A stretch of DNA of 64,000 bases from Thermoanaerobaculia bacterium (GTDB lineage Bacteria > Acidobacteriota > Thermoanaerobaculia > Gp7-AA8): positions 53,420 to 117,419 of the forward strand of contig DASPHC010000146.1 in NCBI GenBank assembly GCA_035629865.1, in the 5' to 3' direction. Every line of letters starts with the position of its first letter. The stretch's first letter is position 1. The notes beneath the pieces were generated by a model that ran no database searches, was not told the origin of the DNA, and saw nothing but the letters and a program-made list of their open reading frames with translations. The position numbers and the translations under genes were made by a program. Positions 18,143-27,906 of this stretch are shown here, in pieces.

Positions 18143-20206
18143 ATGAAACGCGCTCTGCTCCTCCTCCTCACCCTGACCCTCGCCGCCTGCGCCACCTCGA
18201 AGCCGCCGCAGGCGCCGCCACCGCCGCGGCCTCGGGCGTTGCTTGGGGCGCATGGGTTCGAGCTTTCGCAGGTGGATCGGACCGTGAGCCCCTGCGACAA
18301 CTTCTATCAGTACGCGACGGGCGGGTGGCAGAAGGCGCATCCGTTGCCGTCGACGTATGCGCGGTACGGGCGGTTCGAGGAGGTGGCGGAGCGGAACCGG
18401 GAGACGTTGCGGGCGATCCTCGAGAGCGCGGCGGCCGAGAAGGCGTCCGAGGCGGGGAGCAATACCCAGAAGCTCGGTGATTTCTGGGGGGCGTGCATGA
18501 ATGAGGCGGCGATCGAGACGGAGGGGATTGCGCCGATCCGGGGCGATCTCGATCGCATCAACGCGATCAACAGCCGTGCGGACGTCGTCGCGGAGCTGCA
18601 CCGGCAGCATCAGAAAGGAGTGGCGCCGCTCTTCCGCTTCTCCGCGCAGAACGATTACAAGAATTCGAAGATGATCATCGCCGCGGTCTCGCAGGGCGGC
18701 CTCGGCCTGCCGGACCGGGAGTACTACCTGCGCGTTGACGAGAAGTCGAAGAACTTCCGGAAAGAGTACGTCGCGCATCTCACGCGGATGTTCGAGCTGG
18801 CGGGGCTCGACGCGGCGAAGGCGGCCACGGATGCGGAGCGGGTGATGGCGCTGGAGACGCAACTGGCGCGCGCGTCGATGGCCCGCGTCGACCAGCGCAA
18901 GCCGGAGAACACGTACCACATCACTCCAGTCTCGGACCTGCAGGCCGACACGCCGCTGCTCAACTGGCCGGCGTTCTTCAGCGGCGTCGGGCTGCCGGAG
19001 CTTGCGTCGATCAACCTCGCGCAGCCGGAGTACATCCGCGAGGCGCACCGTCTGCTCGACGAGGCGGCGCTGGAGTCGTGGAAGGCGTACCTCCGCTGGA
19101 ACGTCCTCGACGCGGCGGCACCGCTGCTCTCGACGCCGTTCGTGAACCAGGACTTTGCCTTCCGCCAGACCATCCTCACCGGGACGAAGGAGATCCAGCC
19201 GCGCTGGCAGCGCTGCATCCGCGCCGCGGATCAGAACCTCGGCGAGGTGCTGGGACAGGAGTATGTGAACCGCGCCTTCACCGCCGAGGCGAAGACGAAG
19301 ATGAACGAGCTGATCGACAATCTCGTCGGCGCGTTGCGGGAAGGGATCCCCGCGCTCGGCTGGATGGGGCCGGAGACGAAGACGACGGCGCTGGCGAAGC
19401 TCGAGGCGTTCCGGCGGCGCATCGGCTATCCGGACAAATGGATCGACCTCTCCACGCTGAACGTCGGCCGCGGCTCGTACGCGGAGAATGTCTTCGCGAC
19501 GCGCGCGTTCAACGTTCGCCGCACCGCCGGCCGGATCGGCAAGCCGGACGATCCGAACGAGTGGGGGAACTTCACGCCGTCGACGGTCAACGCGAGCTAC
19601 AGCCCGAGCCGCAACAACATCACGTTCCCCGCGGGCATCCTCCAGCCTCCGTTCTACGACCCGAACGCCGACGACGCGTACAACTACGGCGGCATCGGCA
19701 CGGTGATCGGGCACGAGATGACGCACGGCTTCGACGATCAGGGGGCCAAGTTCGACCCGGAAGGGAATCTGCGCAACTGGTGGTCGGCGAAGGATCTCGA
19801 GAACTTCCAGGCCCGCGCGGAGTGCATCGCGAAGCAGTACGGCGCATGGCAGGTGGAGGACAACCTGACGCTGCAGGGCGAACTGGTGACCGGCGAGGCG
19901 ATCGCCGATCTCGGCGGCGCGACGCTCGCGCTGCGCGCCTACCAGAAATCGCTCGCCGGCCAGCCGCGCACGACCGTCGACGGCTACACCCCCGAGCAGC
20001 GTTTCTTCCTCGGCTTCGCCCAGGTATGGGGCCAGAACATGGCCACCGAGGAAGCCCGCCGCCGCGCGCTTACCGATCCGCACGCGCCGGGCCCGGCGCG
20101 CGTGAACCTGACCGTCTCCAACATGCCCGAGTTCGCGGACGCCTGGAACTGCGTCGCCAGCTCGAAGTTGGTGCGGGCGACTGAGCAGAGGTGCACGATC
20201 TGGTGA
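18143..20206 (+). CDS. pepO: M13 family zinc metallopeptidase (neprilysin/PepO-like) lipoprotein
   Basis: HEXXH zinc-binding motif in GHEMTHGFD. GEAIADLGG carries the family's EXXXD glutamate. The C-terminus ends in W. Lipoprotein signal MKRALLLLLTLTLAACA. Confidence 0.9.
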   Translation: MKRALLLLLTLTLAACATSKPPQAPPPPRPRALLGAHGFELSQVDRTVSPCDNFYQYATGGWQKAHPLPSTYARYGRFEEVAERNRETLRAILESAAAEKASEAGSNTQKLGDFWGACMNEAAIETEGIAPIRGDLDRINAINSRADVVAELHRQHQKGVAPLFRFSAQNDYKNSKMIIAAVSQGGLGLPDREYYLRVDEKSKNFRKEYVAHLTRMFELAGLDAAKAATDAERVMALETQLARASMARVDQRKPENTYHITPVSDLQADTPLLNWPAFFSGVGLPELASINLAQPEYIREAHRLLDEAALESWKAYLRWNVLDAAAPLLSTPFVNQDFAFRQTILTGTKEIQPRWQRCIRAADQNLGEVLGQEYVNRAFTAEAKTKMNELIDNLVGALREGIPALGWMGPETKTTALAKLEAFRRRIGYPDKWIDLSTLNVGRGSYAENVFATRAFNVRRTAGRIGKPDDPNEWGNFTPSTVNASYSPSRNNITFPAGILQPPFYDPNADDAYNYGGIGTVIGHEMTHGFDDQGAKFDPEGNLRNWWSAKDLENFQARAECIAKQYGAWQVEDNLTLQGELVTGEAIADLGGATLALRAYQKSLAGQPRTTVDGYTPEQRFFLGFAQVWGQNMATEEARRRALTDPHAPGPARVNLTVSNMPEFADAWNCVASSKLVRATEQRCTIW

Positions 20207-20207
20207 C

Positions 20208-20374
20208 TGGTTGTCGGTTGTCAGTTGTCGGTTGTCTGCGCCTTTTCGCGGAAAAGGGACAGCAGCTCAGATCGACCACGGCAAGATACGTTTGTCATCC
20301 CTCGCTCGACGCTCGGGATGACAGAAGACTTAGGCGCTACCGGTTCGGACAACTGACAACCGACAACTGACAAC
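20208..20374. repeat. MITE-like element with 27-bp terminal inverted repeats made of GTTGTC hexamers
   Basis: ggttgtcggttgtcagttgtcggttgtc at 20208 pairs with gacaactgacaaccgacaactgacaac at 20349. The core contains hairpins ccttttcgcggaaaagg and tgtcatccctcgctcgacgctcgggatgaca. A one-armed relic lies at 28783-28812. Confidence 0.5.
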
Positions 20375-20376
20375 GA

Positions 20377-21777
20377 ATGTCCTACCCTCTCGAACCCTCC
20401 GCCGCCGAAATGCACCGCCTCGTCGACGAGGCGATGCGGCGCATCGTTGCGCACATCGAGTCGCTGCCGAGCCAGCCGGCGATGAATGTCGAGGGGGCGG
20501 CGGAGTATTCGCGGACGCTGATCGAGCCGTTGCCGCGGAAAGGGGAATCGTACGAGACGCTGCTCGACTTCCTCTTCAACGACGCCATCCCGCGCTCCTT
20601 CACGGCCGCGGGGCCGGGGTATCTCGGCTATGTGCCGGGCGGCGGGATCTTCCACGCCGCGGTGGCGGACCTGATTGCCGATGCGGTGAACCGCTACATC
20701 GGCGTCTTCGCGGCCGCGCCGGCGCTGGCGCAGCTCGAGGCGAATGTCGTCCGCTGGTTCTGCGAGATCCTCGGCATGCCGCGCGGCTCGGGCGGCTTCC
20801 TGACCACCGGCGCGTCGCTGGCGAACTTCAGCAGCGTCGTCGCCGCGCGCAAGGCGTTGTTGCCGGATGACTTCCTGCGCGGCACGCTCTACTGCTCCTC
20901 GCAGATCCACCACTCGTTCCAGAAAGCGGCGAACCTGGCCGGCTTCCCGTACGCGAACATCCGCGAGCTGCCGGCGGACGCGCAGTTCCGCATCCGCGTC
21001 GACGCGCTCGAAGAGGCGATCGAGCGCGACCGGCGCGAAGGCTGGACGCCGTTCATGATCGCCGGCAGCGCCGGGACGACGAACACCGGCGCAGTCGACG
21101 ATCTCGAAGCATTGGCGCGGGTGTCGCGGGAGCAGAAGTGCTGGTTTCACATCGACGGCGCATACGGCGCGCTGTTCGCGCTCACGGAGCGGGGACGCGC
21201 AGTGCTGAAAGGGATCGAGCAGGCCGACTCCATCATCCTCGATCCGCACAAGACGCTCTTCCTCCCGTTCGGCACCGGCGCCGTGCTCGTCCGCGACGCC
21301 CGCACGCTGCGCCGCGCGCACAGCCTGCACGCCGACTACCTCCCGGACATGCAGCAGGAGGACGAGCTGGTCGACTTCTGCGAGATCTCGCCCGAGCTCT
21401 CCCGCGACTTCCGCGGCCTTCGGGTCTGGCTGCCGCTGAAGCTGTTCGGCATTGAGCCGTTCCGCGAGCAGCTCGACGAGAAGCTCGACCTGATCGCCTT
21501 CACGATGGACGAACTGCGGAAGATCGACGGCCTCGAGATCGTCGCCGAGCCGCACCTGACCATCACCGCCTTCCGCCTCGTGCGGGAGGGCGCCGACCTC
21601 AACGCCCTCAACCGCGCGCTGCTCGAGCGGATCAACGGGCGTAAACGGGTCATGCTCACGCCGGCGGTCCTCGACGGCCGGTTCGTCATCCGCATCGCCA
21701 TCGGCTCGCATCGGACGCATCGCGACCGGGTGGAAATGCTCCTCGAAGACATCCGCGTGGCGGTCGCCGAGGTGTGA
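20377..21777 (+). CDS. PLP-dependent group II (aromatic-L-amino-acid type) decarboxylase
   Basis: PLP lysine in DPHKTLFLPFG. Overall fold-type I decarboxylase pattern. Confidence 0.85.
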   Translation: MSYPLEPSAAEMHRLVDEAMRRIVAHIESLPSQPAMNVEGAAEYSRTLIEPLPRKGESYETLLDFLFNDAIPRSFTAAGPGYLGYVPGGGIFHAAVADLIADAVNRYIGVFAAAPALAQLEANVVRWFCEILGMPRGSGGFLTTGASLANFSSVVAARKALLPDDFLRGTLYCSSQIHHSFQKAANLAGFPYANIRELPADAQFRIRVDALEEAIERDRREGWTPFMIAGSAGTTNTGAVDDLEALARVSREQKCWFHIDGAYGALFALTERGRAVLKGIEQADSIILDPHKTLFLPFGTGAVLVRDARTLRRAHSLHADYLPDMQQEDELVDFCEISPELSRDFRGLRVWLPLKLFGIEPFREQLDEKLDLIAFTMDELRKIDGLEIVAEPHLTITAFRLVREGADLNALNRALLERINGRKRVMLTPAVLDGRFVIRIAIGSHRTHRDRVEMLLEDIRVAVAEV

Positions 21778-22658
21778 TGCGGCGCGGGTTGATCCTCGGC
21801 GTGCTCGCGGCGGTCGTCGCCGTCGTCTACTTTCGCCCGCTTGCCGTCTACGTCACCGGGCGCGCGCTTTACCTCCGCGCGATCGGCATGCGCCACGAGC
21901 ACGTGCAGGTTGGCCCGCACCGCATCCATTACCTGGAGGGTGGGGAAGGGCCGCCGCTGCTGATCGTGCACGGCGTTGCCGCACGCGCCGCCGACGGCGC
22001 GCCGCTCTTCCGCCGACTGAAGCAGCGCCACCGCGTGATCGCCGTCGATCTCCTCGGCTACGGCGACTCCGACAAGCCGCGCGACGGCGATTACTCCGTC
22101 GCCGCGCAAACGGAGCTCGTCCGCCGGTTCATGGACGCGCTGCAGCTCCGCGACGCCGACGTGATGGGCGTCTCTCTCGGCGGCTGGATCTCGCTGAAGC
22201 TCGCCGCCGACCATCCGGAGCGCGTTCGCCGCCTCGTCCTCGTCTCCAGCGCCGGCCTGCAGTTCCCGACCACGATGACCGACTCCGCCTTCTCTCCGTC
22301 CAACCTCGGCGAGCTGCGCCATTCGCTGGCGATGCAGACCGACCAGGCGGAGCGACTCCCCGAGTTCGTCCTCCGCGACTTTCTCCGCCTCTCGAAACGA
22401 AAGGCATGGGTCGTCCGCCGCTCGATGGCCTCCGCGCTCGCCGGCCGCGACCTGCTGGATGGCAAGCTGCAGCGCGTGAAGATGCCGGTGCTGCTCATCT
22501 GGGGCACCGCCGACCGAGTCATTCCCTTCAGCGTCGCCGCCGGCATGAAGCACGAGATGCGGCACGCCCAGGTCGTCCCGCTCCCCGGCTGCGGCCACCT
22601 GGCCATCATCGAATGCCGCGACCAGGCGCTGCCGGCGATCGAGCGTTTCCTGCGGTAA
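21774..22658 (+). CDS. Alpha/beta-hydrolase fold protein
   Basis: Nucleophile elbow GVSLGG, a LIVHG oxyanion region and a C-terminal His. Overlaps the previous gene by 4 nt. Confidence 0.85.
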   Translation: MMRRGLILGVLAAVVAVVYFRPLAVYVTGRALYLRAIGMRHEHVQVGPHRIHYLEGGEGPPLLIVHGVAARAADGAPLFRRLKQRHRVIAVDLLGYGDSDKPRDGDYSVAAQTELVRRFMDALQLRDADVMGVSLGGWISLKLAADHPERVRRLVLVSSAGLQFPTTMTDSAFSPSNLGELRHSLAMQTDQAERLPEFVLRDFLRLSKRKAWVVRRSMASALAGRDLLDGKLQRVKMPVLLIWGTADRVIPFSVAAGMKHEMRHAQVVPLPGCGHLAIIECRDQALPAIERFLR

Positions 22659-22690
22659 CCAGACGACCAACGCAAATCCCGCACGGTCCC

Positions 22691-22889
22691 TTGCTGCCGT
22701 AGGCAGCAAAAGACCTGTAGGCCCGGCCTTCAGGCCGGGTACGACAATCGCCCGCCAGGCGAGTCCGCGGAGCGGGCGACAGAAAAGACCTTCTCTCGTC
22801 TGTCGCCCGCTACGCGGGCTCGAGGATCCGTTCACGGCTTACCCGGCCTGAAGGCCGGGTCTACAGATCTTTAGCTGCCTATGGCAGCA
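22691..22889. repeat. Family-2 nested palindromic element (roughly 200 bp), copy 1
   Basis: Outer arms are ctgccgtaggcagcaaaagacctgtaggcccggccttcaggccggg and its complement. The inner hairpin is gagtccgcggagcgggcgacag...ctgtcgcccgctacgcgggctc. It lies between convergent genes. Confidence 0.75.
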
Positions 22890-22939
22890 GCGAGCGTGGT
22901 TGGCGTTGGTCTTCTGAACGCGTCTCGTGTAGCGCTGCG

Positions 22940-23245
22940 TCAGCGCTCGTACTCTTGGCTGCTGCGCGGCGCGTCCGGCGCCTGCCGGTCCAGCGACTCG
23001 CGGTAGCGCAGGCAGCCGCGCAGAAACTGCGGCCACTCCGGCACGACCGGCACCGGATCGGTCTTCTCCGGCAGCAGTCCCCACAGCGCCGGATGATGCC
23101 AGCAGAGCCCCTGCCCGGTACTGTCGCGATGCTGCCGGATGCCGTCGCGCAGCCGGCGCACTTCGGAGAGCAGCTCCTCGCGGGACATCTGGTCGAGGTC
23201 GGCGTCGATCACTTCGTCTCCTGTGGTTCCGTCACGACGATTCAC
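22940..23245 (-). CDS. Hypothetical protein
   Basis: A 101-aa charged ORF. No motif assigned. Confidence 0.35.
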   Translation of the reverse strand: MNRRDGTTGDEVIDADLDQMSREELLSEVRRLRDGIRQHRDSTGQGLCWHHPALWGLLPEKTDPVPVVPEWPQFLRGCLRYRESLDRQAPDAPRSSQEYER

Positions 23246-23645
23246 GGATCACGAAATCGCCGCCGGGAGATGCCGCTTTCAAAAGCGCGTCCAGCTTATC
23301 TACCGTCGGAACGGCATCACCGCGCTCGTATCGCGCATAGGCGTTGCGTGAAGACGTTCCGAGGCGTTCGGCCACGTCGCGGAGCGATGAGCCACTCGCC
23401 TCGCGCCGTCTCCTGAGGAGCAGCGCAGTCATGGCAGCGGCATCGCTCCCGGAGATTTCAAACTCGCTCTTGCTGCGGGCGTGAACCTGCGCGCTGAAAC
23501 CGTCGCGGCCGACCATGGTCTCCAGCCAGTCGCCGATCATTTCCAGTGCTTCCTTACGGGTACGGCCCTGGGTGATCGCATCGAGCAGAGGAATCTCCGC
23601 CAGCCAGAACCGCCCGTCGCGTGCCACCTTGCCCTCGAATCTCAT
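23232..23645 (-). CDS. hicB: HicB-family antitoxin (RNase-H-like N-domain plus C-terminal HTH)
   Basis: MRFEGKVARDGRFWLAEIPLLDAITQGRTRKEALEMIGDWLE matches the HicB N-terminal pattern. The C-terminal HTH is SLRDVAERLGTSSRNAYARYERG. I trimmed the start to the internal ATG that overlaps the hicA stop. Confidence 0.65.
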   Translation of the reverse strand: MRFEGKVARDGRFWLAEIPLLDAITQGRTRKEALEMIGDWLETMVGRDGFSAQVHARSKSEFEISGSDAAAMTALLLRRRREASGSSLRDVAERLGTSSRNAYARYERGDAVPTVDKLDALLKAASPGGDFVIRESS

Positions 23646-23821
23646 GTCGCCTCCCTGCAGGCACGGCGGAGAATCGCTTGCGCAAGCCGTTCGTTGATCT
23701 CGCGATGCCGAGGGACCGCTTCCTCGCTGCCGCCGTCGGTCCAGACATCGTGCCTGCCGCCGCTCCGGAGGAACCACCAACCACAGGCGGTCAGCCGTTT
23801 CTCCAGGTCGCGCCGCTTCAC
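23642..23821 (-). CDS. hicA: HicA-family mRNA-interferase toxin (not in the ORF track)
   Basis: Hand translation from GTG 23821 gives VKRRDLEKRLTACGWWFLRSGGRHDVWTDGGSEEAVPRHREINERLAQAILRRACREAT. This fits the HicA K.L...GW...R.GSH....P....V.VP.H pattern. The TGA stop overlaps the hicB ATG (ATGA). Confidence 0.6.
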   Translation of the reverse strand: MKRRDLEKRLTACGWWFLRSGGRHDVWTDGGSEEAVPRHREINERLAQAILRRACREAT

Positions 23822-23905
23822 TCAGCTACTGTACACCGATCCGTGGACGGAGTGTAAAGGGGCCGCGCCGCCGTAGAATCAACTGAGACAAGCGGGAGGA
23901 CGACG

Positions 23906-24265
23906 ATGATCAACGGTGCGCACGTCATCATCTACAGCACGAACGCCGAGGCCGACCGCGTGTTTCTGCGCGACGTCCTCGCCCTGCCGAATGTCGATGC
24001 CGGGGAAGGTTGGCTGATCTTCGGCCTGCCGCCTTCGGAGGTGGCTGTCCATCCGGGAGCGGAGAACGACTCACACGAGCTGTACTTCATGTGCGAGAAC
24101 GTGGAGCAGTTCGTCGGGCGGATGAAAGAACACAGCGTTGAATGCGGCGAAGTGCATGACCACGGCTGGGGCTTGCTGGCTCAGGTGACGTTGCCCGGCG
24201 GCGGGAAGCTCGGGGTTTATCAGCCGCGGCATGCGCGGCCGACGTCGGCCCGCGCCTCTCTGTGA
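23906..24265 (+). CDS. Small VOC/glyoxalase-like protein
   Basis: A 119-aa single VOC-type domain. Confidence 0.55.
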   Translation: MINGAHVIIYSTNAEADRVFLRDVLALPNVDAGEGWLIFGLPPSEVAVHPGAENDSHELYFMCENVEQFVGRMKEHSVECGEVHDHGWGLLAQVTLPGGGKLGVYQPRHARPTSARASL

Positions 24266-24274
24266 GACCACGCC

Positions 24275-24436
24275 CCTCCCTGTCATCCTGAGCCGCAGGC
24301 CTGATCCCATAAGCAGCATCCATGGCGGCGAAGGACCCCCTCCGGCTGCACGCGACGCGTTCAACTGCGGGGGGTCCTTCGCCGCCATGCTTTTGCCACG
24401 AAGGACCATTCCTGCGGCTCAGGATGACAGGAGGGA
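24275..24436. repeat. Family-3 nested hairpin element, copy 1
   Basis: Outer stem is cctgtcatcctgagccgcagg paired with cctgcggctcaggatgacagg. Inner stem is catggcggcgaaggaccccctcc paired with ggggggtccttcgccgccatg. It lies between convergent genes. Confidence 0.75.
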
Positions 24437-24449
24437 TTCTTGACTGTGA

Positions 24450-25688
24450 TCACACCAATCCCGACGGCAACCTCGGCGACGACAGCAGCTCTGCAAACAC
24501 CTCCCAGCGCTTCTCCGCATCCCCTTCGCTGCGGCGTTCGACGTAGTTGCGGACGAGGTCTTTGCCGAGGTTGTAGTTGATGACGTAGCTGCGGTACTGG
24601 TCGAAGAACTTCACGCGCTGGCGCGCGCGGGCGGGCTCCATCAACGCATACGTCCTCAGCCACTCCGCGGCCTGCTCGGCGGTGAAGGCCCCGTCGAGGT
24701 AGCGGCGGGCGGCTTCGTTGCCGGCGTAGCCGGTGCGGGAGATGAGGTCGTAGACGCGGTAGTACTGCTCGGCGCGTGCGGGGTCGAGTCCGGCGACCGG
24801 GAAGAGGCGCTCTTTCTCCATCGCCACGCGCTCGTCGGCGGGGAAGGCCACTTCGATCCCGTAGTTCGCGCTCCCTTCGGCGATGAGGGACTGGGCGGAG
24901 AAGAGGGCGTAGACGGAGAACTCCGGCCAGCCGCGGTCGCGCACCAGCGTCTTTTCCAGCAGGGCGTTGTAGACGTGATGGCCGGGATAGCCTTCGTGGC
25001 AGGCGAGGTCGATGGCGCGGTCGATGAAGATCGGGAGGTCGGTGTTGACCTGAATGAGGCTGGTGAAGTTTCCTTGGTACCAGTTGTAGCCGCTCCACGA
25101 TTTGCCGGTCACGTATTCGACGGTGAACGACTCGCCGGCTGGTAACGCCATGTGGTCCGCGGTCTTTTCGCGGCAGACGTCGATGGCCGCACCGAACGTC
25201 GCGTCGAGCTTTTCGCGCGGGATGACGAACTCGCGCCGGAACTGTTCCACCCGCTCGACCAGCGGTCCGCTGCCCGGCAGCTCGGTCTCGATCGCGGCGT
25301 TCAGCGTCCGGAAGTAGTCTTCGCCGTGCGTCGGCGCGACGGCGTCGTAGAGGGCTTTCGACTCTTCGTCGAAGGAGAGCTGCCGTCCCTGCAGGATCTC
25401 GGCGCGGGCGATCAGGGCGTCGGTCTGGCGACGAACGTAGTCGAGCCGCAGGCCGTCGATTGTCTCCGCCGGACGTGCGGTCGCGCCGAGCGTCTCGCGC
25501 AGCGCGACCGCATGGGTGCGGATGGCGTCCAGCGACCGTTTCGCGGCGCGGACTTCGTCGCGCCACGCGGCGGGACCGTAATAAGAGTCGACGTAATCGG
25601 CGTCGTGCTCCCCCATCGCGAGCACGAGCCGGACGTATTGTTCAGCGGCGTCGTTCATCGCGCCGCATCGTATTCCACTCCGGTACAC
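24450..25688 (-). CDS. DUF885-family protein (putative metallopeptidase-like)
   Basis: HEGYPGHHV motif and overall DUF885-like composition. The start may instead be ATG 25658. Confidence 0.65.
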   Translation of the reverse strand: MYRSGIRCGAMNDAAEQYVRLVLAMGEHDADYVDSYYGPAAWRDEVRAAKRSLDAIRTHAVALRETLGATARPAETIDGLRLDYVRRQTDALIARAEILQGRQLSFDEESKALYDAVAPTHGEDYFRTLNAAIETELPGSGPLVERVEQFRREFVIPREKLDATFGAAIDVCREKTADHMALPAGESFTVEYVTGKSWSGYNWYQGNFTSLIQVNTDLPIFIDRAIDLACHEGYPGHHVYNALLEKTLVRDRGWPEFSVYALFSAQSLIAEGSANYGIEVAFPADERVAMEKERLFPVAGLDPARAEQYYRVYDLISRTGYAGNEAARRYLDGAFTAEQAAEWLRTYALMEPARARQRVKFFDQYRSYVINYNLGKDLVRNYVERRSEGDAEKRWEVFAELLSSPRLPSGLV

Positions 25689-25695
25689 ACAGGGG

Positions 25696-25837
25696 ACGAC
25701 GGGAGGCCTCCGGCGGGCGGGCCCGGCCCGCGGCGTTTGTTTTTCGCGTAAACCGCGTTCCGTACGAAGGCGCGCGTTCAGCCTATGGCAACCAACGCTG
25801 CGGGCCGGGCCCGCCCGCCGGAGGCCCCCCGTCGTCC
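25696..25837. repeat. Family-1 palindromic element, copy 3
   Basis: Same family. Confidence 0.8.
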
Positions 25838-25856
25838 CCTGTGTGTTACCCAGCGG

Positions 25857-27314
25857 CTACTTGTTGCGCGCGACGCGGATGGTCTTTCCCTCGATCGTGG
25901 CGGTGAGTCCGTGCTGCTTCACGATCTGGTCGAAGGCCTGATCCCACGGCATGCCTACGACGTTCATCGTCACCTTCGCATCGATTCCCGGCTCGACCGT
26001 GATGTCGAAGCCGGTGATCTGTCCGAACGTATGCATCACGTCGCGCAGATCCGCGTTCTTGAGGTTGATCGAGATCGGCGCGCCGTTGTACGTCGAGGAC
26101 TTCTCCTGCTTTGCGTCGTGCTCCTGCTTGTAATCGTGCACGGTGCGGTGGAGGACTTCGCCGTTGGCGGTAGCGACGAACGTGACGCTGCCGCTCTCAT
26201 GAGTGCCACGCGCGTCGATCCGGAAGTCGGTCGTCTGCCCTCCCGCCTCGGTGCCAAACCGGACGACAGCCGGCTCATTCGGCGCGGTCTTCACTTCCGG
26301 CTGGGCCAGGACCCTGCCCGTGGCCTTGTCGGTGACGGTGAAACGGAAGACCACCTGGTCTCCGTCGCGGTCGACGCGCGTCTGCAGGTCATAGCCGCCG
26401 GAGGTCTTGTTGCCGGCGATTGCCAGGGTCGAGACCATGATCACGATTGCCGTCGTCATCAGCGTGACGCGATGCGACCATGCTCTTCGTTTGATGCTTT
26501 CGTAACTCATCAGATGCTCCAGTCTTTCTTTGATTCGCGAACTGGCCATGCACGACACACCTGCGGTTCGCGGCGCGAGCGCGGCGTGACATAGTTTCGT
26601 GAGGGCGGAGACGTACGATCCGGTCCCGTGCATGGCCTCGGCGACGGTCTCGTCGCACGCTTCCTCGCGCGCGCCGGTGAGGTCGTGCGAGGCGAGCCAG
26701 ACCAGCGGATGGAACCAGAGGATCGACGTGGCCAGCGCCTGCAGCAGCGCGGCGAGGTTGTCGTGACGCGCGACGTGCGCGCATTCGTGCAGGATCAGCG
26801 AGCGCAGCTCATCGTCGTCCAGGTCGTCCGCACCGTTCGGCGGGAGGACGATCATGGGCCGGATGACGCGAATCACCGCCGGCGCTTCGCAGATGGGGGA
26901 GCGGACGATGTCGATTGCCGTACGGATTCCCAGTGCGAGCCGTGCCGCCTGCACCACCTCGCGCTCGCGCGGCGACGCCGGTGCGGCATCGCGCAACGCC
27001 GCGGAGACGGTGCGGGTGCGCAGCAGGAGCCAGCGCGCGAAGAGGAGCAGCGCGATGACAGCCCAGAGAATGGGCAGCCACTCGATCGCCGAGGTCGTCT
27101 CCGCAACCGCGCGCGTGGCGCCGCCGCCGAGAATGCGCAGCGGGCTCGGGACCGTCTCCGCGGGAATCAGGCGGAAGGCGTCGGTGGGGATGGCGAACTT
27201 CACCAGCCCCGCGAGGAGGATCGCGTAGCGCGTGCGGGCGGTGAAGGGAAGGAAGCGAGCCGCGGCGACGGCTGCGGCCAGAAGGATGGTCGAGACGATC
27301 AGGTGTCCGGTCAC
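25857..27314 (-). CDS. BlaR1/MecR1-family M56 metallopeptidase signal transducer with a C-terminal secretin/TonB N-terminal (STN)-like domain instead of a penicillin-binding sensor
   Basis: N-terminal transmembrane helices. HEXXH in HECAHVARHD. The C-terminal ISINLKNADLRDVMHTFGQITGFDI...TIRVARN is an STN-type domain. Confidence 0.8.
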   Translation of the reverse strand: MTGHLIVSTILLAAAVAAARFLPFTARTRYAILLAGLVKFAIPTDAFRLIPAETVPSPLRILGGGATRAVAETTSAIEWLPILWAVIALLLFARWLLLRTRTVSAALRDAAPASPREREVVQAARLALGIRTAIDIVRSPICEAPAVIRVIRPMIVLPPNGADDLDDDELRSLILHECAHVARHDNLAALLQALATSILWFHPLVWLASHDLTGAREEACDETVAEAMHGTGSYVSALTKLCHAALAPRTAGVSCMASSRIKERLEHLMSYESIKRRAWSHRVTLMTTAIVIMVSTLAIAGNKTSGGYDLQTRVDRDGDQVVFRFTVTDKATGRVLAQPEVKTAPNEPAVVRFGTEAGGQTTDFRIDARGTHESGSVTFVATANGEVLHRTVHDYKQEHDAKQEKSSTYNGAPISINLKNADLRDVMHTFGQITGFDITVEPGIDAKVTMNVVGMPWDQAFDQIVKQHGLTATIEGKTIRVARNK

Positions 27315-27694
27315 GGTTGGTCTCCCTTCTTGCGGCGCGCGGTCTCTGTCTTCTCCAGCGCCTTCAGGTCTTCGAGGGTCAGCTTGCCGCTCTCGAGAAG
27401 CTGCGCCACCACCGGCTGCGCGGAGCCGCCGAAGAGGTCGAGCAACTCGTCGAGGATGCGCCGGTACGCCGACTTACGCGTCACCGCCGGCGCAAACATC
27501 AGCGCGTTGCCGATCTTGCGCGTCCGGGCGAGAGCGCCCTTCGTCTCCAGCCGCTGCACGATGGTCTGCACGGTGGTGTAGGCGGGGCGCTTCTTCTCCG
27601 CCAGGGCGTCACAGACCTCGCGCACCGAGGCCTCCTTGACGCGCCAGAACACGTCCATGATCTCGAGCTCGAAGCGGGTGAGGTTGATCGCCAT
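27311..27694 (-). CDS. blaI: BlaI/MecI/CopY-family transcriptional repressor
   Basis: The winged-helix RFELEIMDVFWRVKEASVREVCDAL...TTVQTIVQRLETKG fits. It overlaps blaR1-like by 4 nt. Confidence 0.9.
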   Translation of the reverse strand: MAINLTRFELEIMDVFWRVKEASVREVCDALAEKKRPAYTTVQTIVQRLETKGALARTRKIGNALMFAPAVTRKSAYRRILDELLDLFGGSAQPVVAQLLESGKLTLEDLKALEKTETARRKKGDQP

Positions 27695-27732
27695 GTCTGT
27701 AGTTGATGCTACTACGAGTGTAGTAGGTCGTC

Positions 27733-27850
27733 AAGTGGGGGTGAGGGGATGGGACCAATAGGACGAATAGGACCTATGGGACCGATAGGACGGACAGCCT
27801 TCCCACTCGTCCCATCGGTCCCATCAGTCCCATTCGTCCCATCGGTCCTG
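27733..27850. repeat. GGGAC/GTCCC 9-mer palindromic hairpin element
   Basis: atgggaccaataggacgaataggacctatgggaccgataggacgg pairs with tcgtcccatcggtcccatcagtcccattcgtcccatcggtcc. Confidence 0.7.
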
Positions 27851-27906
27851 CGGTCACGCGGTTCACCGCCCCGCATCGAGGCACGCTTTTCGCGTTCCCC
27901 CGGCGC

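Noticed and set aside
24361-25566. 401-aa Arg-rich minus-strand ORF
   Set aside because: An off-frame overlap of the DUF885 gene.
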